A stretch of DNA of 64,000 nucleotides from Narcine bancroftii (taxonomy: Eukaryota), in contig NC_091477.1 in assembly GCF_036971445.1 (NCBI RefSeq), forward strand, positions 123,752,001 to 123,816,000, written 5' to 3'. A program made the position numbers and the translations under genes. The notes below the pieces were generated by a model. It searched no databases and was not told the origin of the DNA. It saw only the letters and a program-made list of their open reading frames with translations. Below, in pieces: positions 62,340-64,000 of this stretch (the first letter of the stretch is position 1; each line of letters starts with the position of its first letter).

Positions 62340-62755
62340 ATCTGATGACACTAAACTTGATCGATCTCCTTCCTATACGCTTCCTTGTTGCCATCTGTGA
62401 TTCTGCCGACAACTGTGGTGCCGTTGGCAAATTTGTAGATAGCATTGGAATTGTACCTGGCCACACAGTCATGGGCGAAGAGCAGTGGGCTAAGTGCATA
62501 TCCTTGAGATGCTCCTGTGTTGATTGTCAGTGAGGAGGAGATGTTGTTACTGATTCCTCTCTTCTGATGAGGAAGTCAAGAATGCAGTTGCAGAGGGAGG
62601 TCCAGAGGCCAAGGTTTGATGCTTGGTCACCAGCACTGCCGCTGAAAGCTGAGCTGTACATAAAGCAGCCTGATGTAGGTATTGCTGTTGTCCAGGTGTT
62701 CCAGGGCTGAGTGGAGAGCCATTGAGATTACATCTGTGGAACGATGCACCTGGCG
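62340..62755 (-). mobile_element. Rex1/Babar RT fragment
   Basis: RSTDVISMALHSALEHLDNSNTYIRLL; KFANGTTVVG. Confidence 0.8.
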
Positions 62756-62774
62756 ATTTGTAGTGGAATTTAGT

Positions 62775-63105
62775 ATGGGGGGAATTTCATTGAGACATTT
62801 TGAATGTTGAAAGGTGTGGACAGAGTAGATATTTTCCATGGTCAGAGAGTCCAGGACAAGAGGGCACAACTTCAGGATTGAAGGGCACCCACTTAGAACA
62901 GAGATATGGAGGAATTTCTTCAGGCGGAGGAAGGTTAACCTGTGGAGTTTGTTGCCACAAGCGGATGTAGTTAAGACAGAGATTGATGGGTTCTTGATTA
63001 GCCAGGGCATCAAAGGTTATGGGGAGAGGGCCGGGCAGTGGGGCTGAGTGGCGAAATGGATCAGCTCATGATTGAATGGTGGGGCAGACTCGATGGGCTG
63101 AATGG
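62775..63105 (+). mobile_element. CR1 3' fragment
   Basis: ESRTRGHNFRIEGHPLRTEIWRNFF...LWSLLPQ. Confidence 0.85.
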
Positions 63106-64000
63106 AAATTTTCTTGGTGTTCACTAGGCTGATGAAGATTTAATTATGGCGAGGGTTTTTGATGCTGTAAAAGAAACAGAAGTGAGGGTGGGAAACAAAG
63201 CCATGGAGAGGCAGGAGACTTGGAAAGAAGCAAGTTGTTGTCTTCAGGAATGGGGGGGGAAAATGGATTGGAGGAACTTTGACAAGGAACACCGCCCCTT
63301 GAGGCTCCCTGATTCAGAAAGTTCAAAGCTGATTGATGTCATTTCTGTATTCCCCTCTCGCCCTGTAACCTCCACATGTATTTGGTGAAATGATGAGCTG
63401 TGGGTCTTGGGGACTGTTGGGGAACAAAGAAGCTTTTTAATACAAGCCAATGGATCCTTGAAGGATGTGATTAGGAAAGAATGTGGGATAACAGTTTTCA
63501 TCAGACAGGGCTCTGCAAGAGCTGAAATTATGAAGACAGCACAAGAACAGGCTCCATATTCATTGACCACAATGGTAATCTAAACTAATCCCATCTGCAT
63601 GCATGTGGTCCCTCTCTCTCCATTCCCTGCCTGTTAATGTGTCTGTCCACATGCCTGTTAAACATCACCATTGTATCTGCCTTCACCACCCCTGGCAGCC
63701 GGTCCACCTTTACCCCTTTCCCCTCACCTTAAACCCATGCCATTTAGTATTTGCCATTTCCACCCTGAGGAAAAGACTGGCTGCTTATCAATGTCTCTCA
63801 GAGATTTGTAAACTTTTCCTCTCAGCCTCCAGAGAAAACAGCCCAAGTTGGACCAACTTATAACTTAGAGCCTTTAATCCAGTGAACCCCTTGTGTACCC
63901 CTTGCCCATGAAATAGTGGATGCATTATTGATAATTTTTCAAAACTCTTTAGATTCTGGAGTAGTTCCTGAGGACTGGAGGGTGGCTAATGTAACTCCAC

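Overview
This is vertebrate genomic DNA. The repeat content (CR1/HER1-type LINEs, HE1/V-SINEs, Rex1, RTE, fish-type L1, Tc1) points to a cartilaginous fish, probably a ray; that assignment is inference. The one recognisable gene is BCL6 on the + strand. It has a CpG-island promoter near 47.8-48.3 kb, a non-coding exon 1, a 32-nt exon 2 and six coding exons (BTB, RD2/PEST, ZF1 to mid-ZF4), and it runs off the right edge. Most of 1-47 kb is degraded, heavily nested transposons and minisatellites. No new system can be demonstrated from sequence alone. The best leads are: (1) a cluster of TTC-N3-GAA STAT/BCL6 sites at the end of exon 1 resembling the mammalian autoregulatory element; (2) a 39-bp intron-1 repeat whose variants all stay CTCF-like; (3) an unannotated minus-strand chain of phase-compatible small exons at 1.1-6.3 kb; (4) a 5S-rRNA-derived SINE family with a Rex1-like tail; (5) an in-frame upstream ATG giving BCL6 an MGTMTS N-terminus; (6) a twice-repeated candidate pseudoknot in an RTE 5' UTR. 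Comparisons with human BCL6 and repeat families are from recall, not database searches. Repeat boundaries are approximate unless TSDs or TIRs are quoted.
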